Below, piece after piece: positions 62,160 through 64,000 of a stretch of DNA of 64,000 bases. The notes beneath the pieces were generated by a model that was given only the letters and a program-made list of their open reading frames with translations, did no database searches and was not told where the DNA came from. Origin of the DNA: Lama glama (lineage: Eukaryota); assembly GCA_028534125.1 (NCBI GenBank), contig CM052817.1, positions 86,616,001-86,680,000 of the forward strand. The letters are read 5' to 3'. Positions within the stretch are counted from its first letter, which is position 1. Every line of letters begins with the position of its first letter. Both the position numbers and the translations under genes were made by a program.

Positions 62160-63390
62160 TATTCCATTCACTTCAGTGAGGATTCTGTCCACTCAAGTAT
62201 TTCAGTATTTTTCTTGCTAAGTTTACCATTGATCTTTACACAGTCAACATGATCTTCAAATTTATCTTCACAATGCTTAGTTCTTAGTTTTGCTTTGAGT
62301 CTTTCAACAGCATTGTGAACGCCACATTTGCTTTCTCTTCTCCTTATTTAATGACTACACACACTTCTAGTTTCTTCTTACCTCACTGGCTACTTGAGTT
62401 TTGTCCATTTACTTCGCTAACCAAACTAGTTTAGATGTTCTTCAAAGTTGTGTCTTGGATCTCCTCTTTTTCTCACTCTCTATGTATACTTTTCACTTGC
62501 AAAACTCACTCATTCAAATAGCTGTAAACAATGTCTCTATTTCAGAAATTCTAAAATTTAAAAATCGAATCTAAATCTTTTTCGGAGACCCAGGCATTAT
62601 ATCCTACTGCCTTCTTGAGATTCACTCCTGACTACATTTTAGCTTTATCAACCTTAAAAAACCCCCAAACGCAACATCCTTCTCTTGTAACCAACTTGAC
62701 TACACATTACTTCAGTTATTTGAGCCAATGACCTACATTTCACCCAAAGTATTTTCCTCTCTGCTTCATTTTCACTTCTTTTAAATATTTAAAAAAAATC
62801 AAATTTAGCTCATAAAATGTCTCAAATTCATCCACTCCTCTCCTTTTCTACTGCCTATGCACTCATAATTCGACTGTCTTCTATCATACATTCATAATTT
62901 GACTGTTTCCTATCAATTATGCAATTGCTATAACCTCTTCTCTAAGTGTATACTTTCTCTTGCCATCTCTAAACCGCTAGTCCACCTTAATCATAAGCGT
63001 CATTATGATGAGAAAGATTTCTTTCTCAAACAACCAAAATGACAAGGTGTCAAAAAATATTTGTACATAGGACAAATATTCTCCAAGAATGCCACTCTTA
63101 TCTCAAACTTCTCTAATAACTAAAGTGCTTTTATTCCACAGGGCATGCTGTACCCTAAAAAACTCTTTCATCCAAATTTTTCCTTGTGCATTCCCATTCA
63201 TTCTTCAGATCTGTACTGAAAAGCCACTTTCTGGACTTCTCAGAACCTTCTCTGACACTTGCATGTCCAAAAGAACCTCTGTACTCTATTCTCAGAGAAA
63301 GATTCCTTCCACTGTAGCTGCAACCACAAGGTATAATCATTTATTTGTGAGGTTATTAGTTAATATTTTTCTCATTGTTACACTGTAAGT
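62160..63390 (+). mobile_element. L2 LINE relic
   Basis: cttcttacctcactggctact, ggatctcctctttttctcactct, atatcctactgccttcttgagatt, tccactcctctcc motifs. Confidence 0.7.
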
Positions 63391-64000
63391 TTTTATAGTG
63401 TAGCTCTCGTGAAGATTGTGCTCCAGAATATACTAATTTTCTTTGGTGAGACGAAGAATTCAGTTGGAGACTGAGGAAGAGATGTATAAATTATTTCAAA
63501 AAGAGGTTTGAATGAAACAATAATGATCCCATGCCATGAACTAGGTAGTATTATCAACAAAGATTCCAGTTTGGCTGTACCAAGCCTATAAATCATTTCA
63601 GGTCTCAAAGCTCCCCTGCATAAAATTTATTATATATACAACTTACGGTTTATCAGCATGATCAGAGTTTTAAATATAATATTATAATGATAATTATAAG
63701 CAATCTTTTTTAGTACAAAATTTTATTTTCATTTTGGCCAATATATTAGACATTTTTCTATAATTCTTCTTTTCTACAGAAAGGCTACCAACTCTTAACA
63801 CAAATAGGTAGTATATGTAGAGAAAACTTCATGTTTTCCCTTTTTTTAGTAGTTTTAAAAGTCTTGTCACAAATTCTTTTTATGCAAATACTAATGACAT
63901 ACATAATATAGTATATGATATGAGATAAAGAGGAGTTTTTAAAATTTAAAACTTAAAATGATTTTCATCAACTTTCCTTTTAAAAAAGTATTTAAGTTTG

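Overview
AT-rich, CpG-depleted, repeat-dense placental-mammal genomic DNA, intergenic or deep intronic. I found no recognisable protein-coding exon, RNA gene or prokaryote-type system. The ORF track is explained by L1 ORF2 remnants, microsatellites, the N gap and chance short ORFs. A camelid origin is inferred: the young L1 3' ends resemble camelid L1 as I recall it, and I saw no Alu, B1, Bov-tA/BovB, PRE-1 or Can-SINE. The window holds young and old L1 fragments, L2, MIR, CR1/L3 remnants, MaLR (MLT1) and ERV solo LTRs, hAT/Tigger DNA-transposon relics including a decayed hAT-Tip100 transposase, microsatellites and a 500-N gap. Repeat subfamily names are by-eye recognition and boundaries are approximate. 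The best leads are a candidate three-exon spliced transcript with a 28-codon micro-ORF (14.5-15.9 kb), a solo LTR with an intact CCAAT/octamer/TATA promoter (7.2-7.7 kb), CTCF-like sites, and motif-dense enhancer/promoter candidates (34.8 kb, 38.8-39.4 kb). Several retrotransposition footprints are also visible. None of these is demonstrated to be a novel system.
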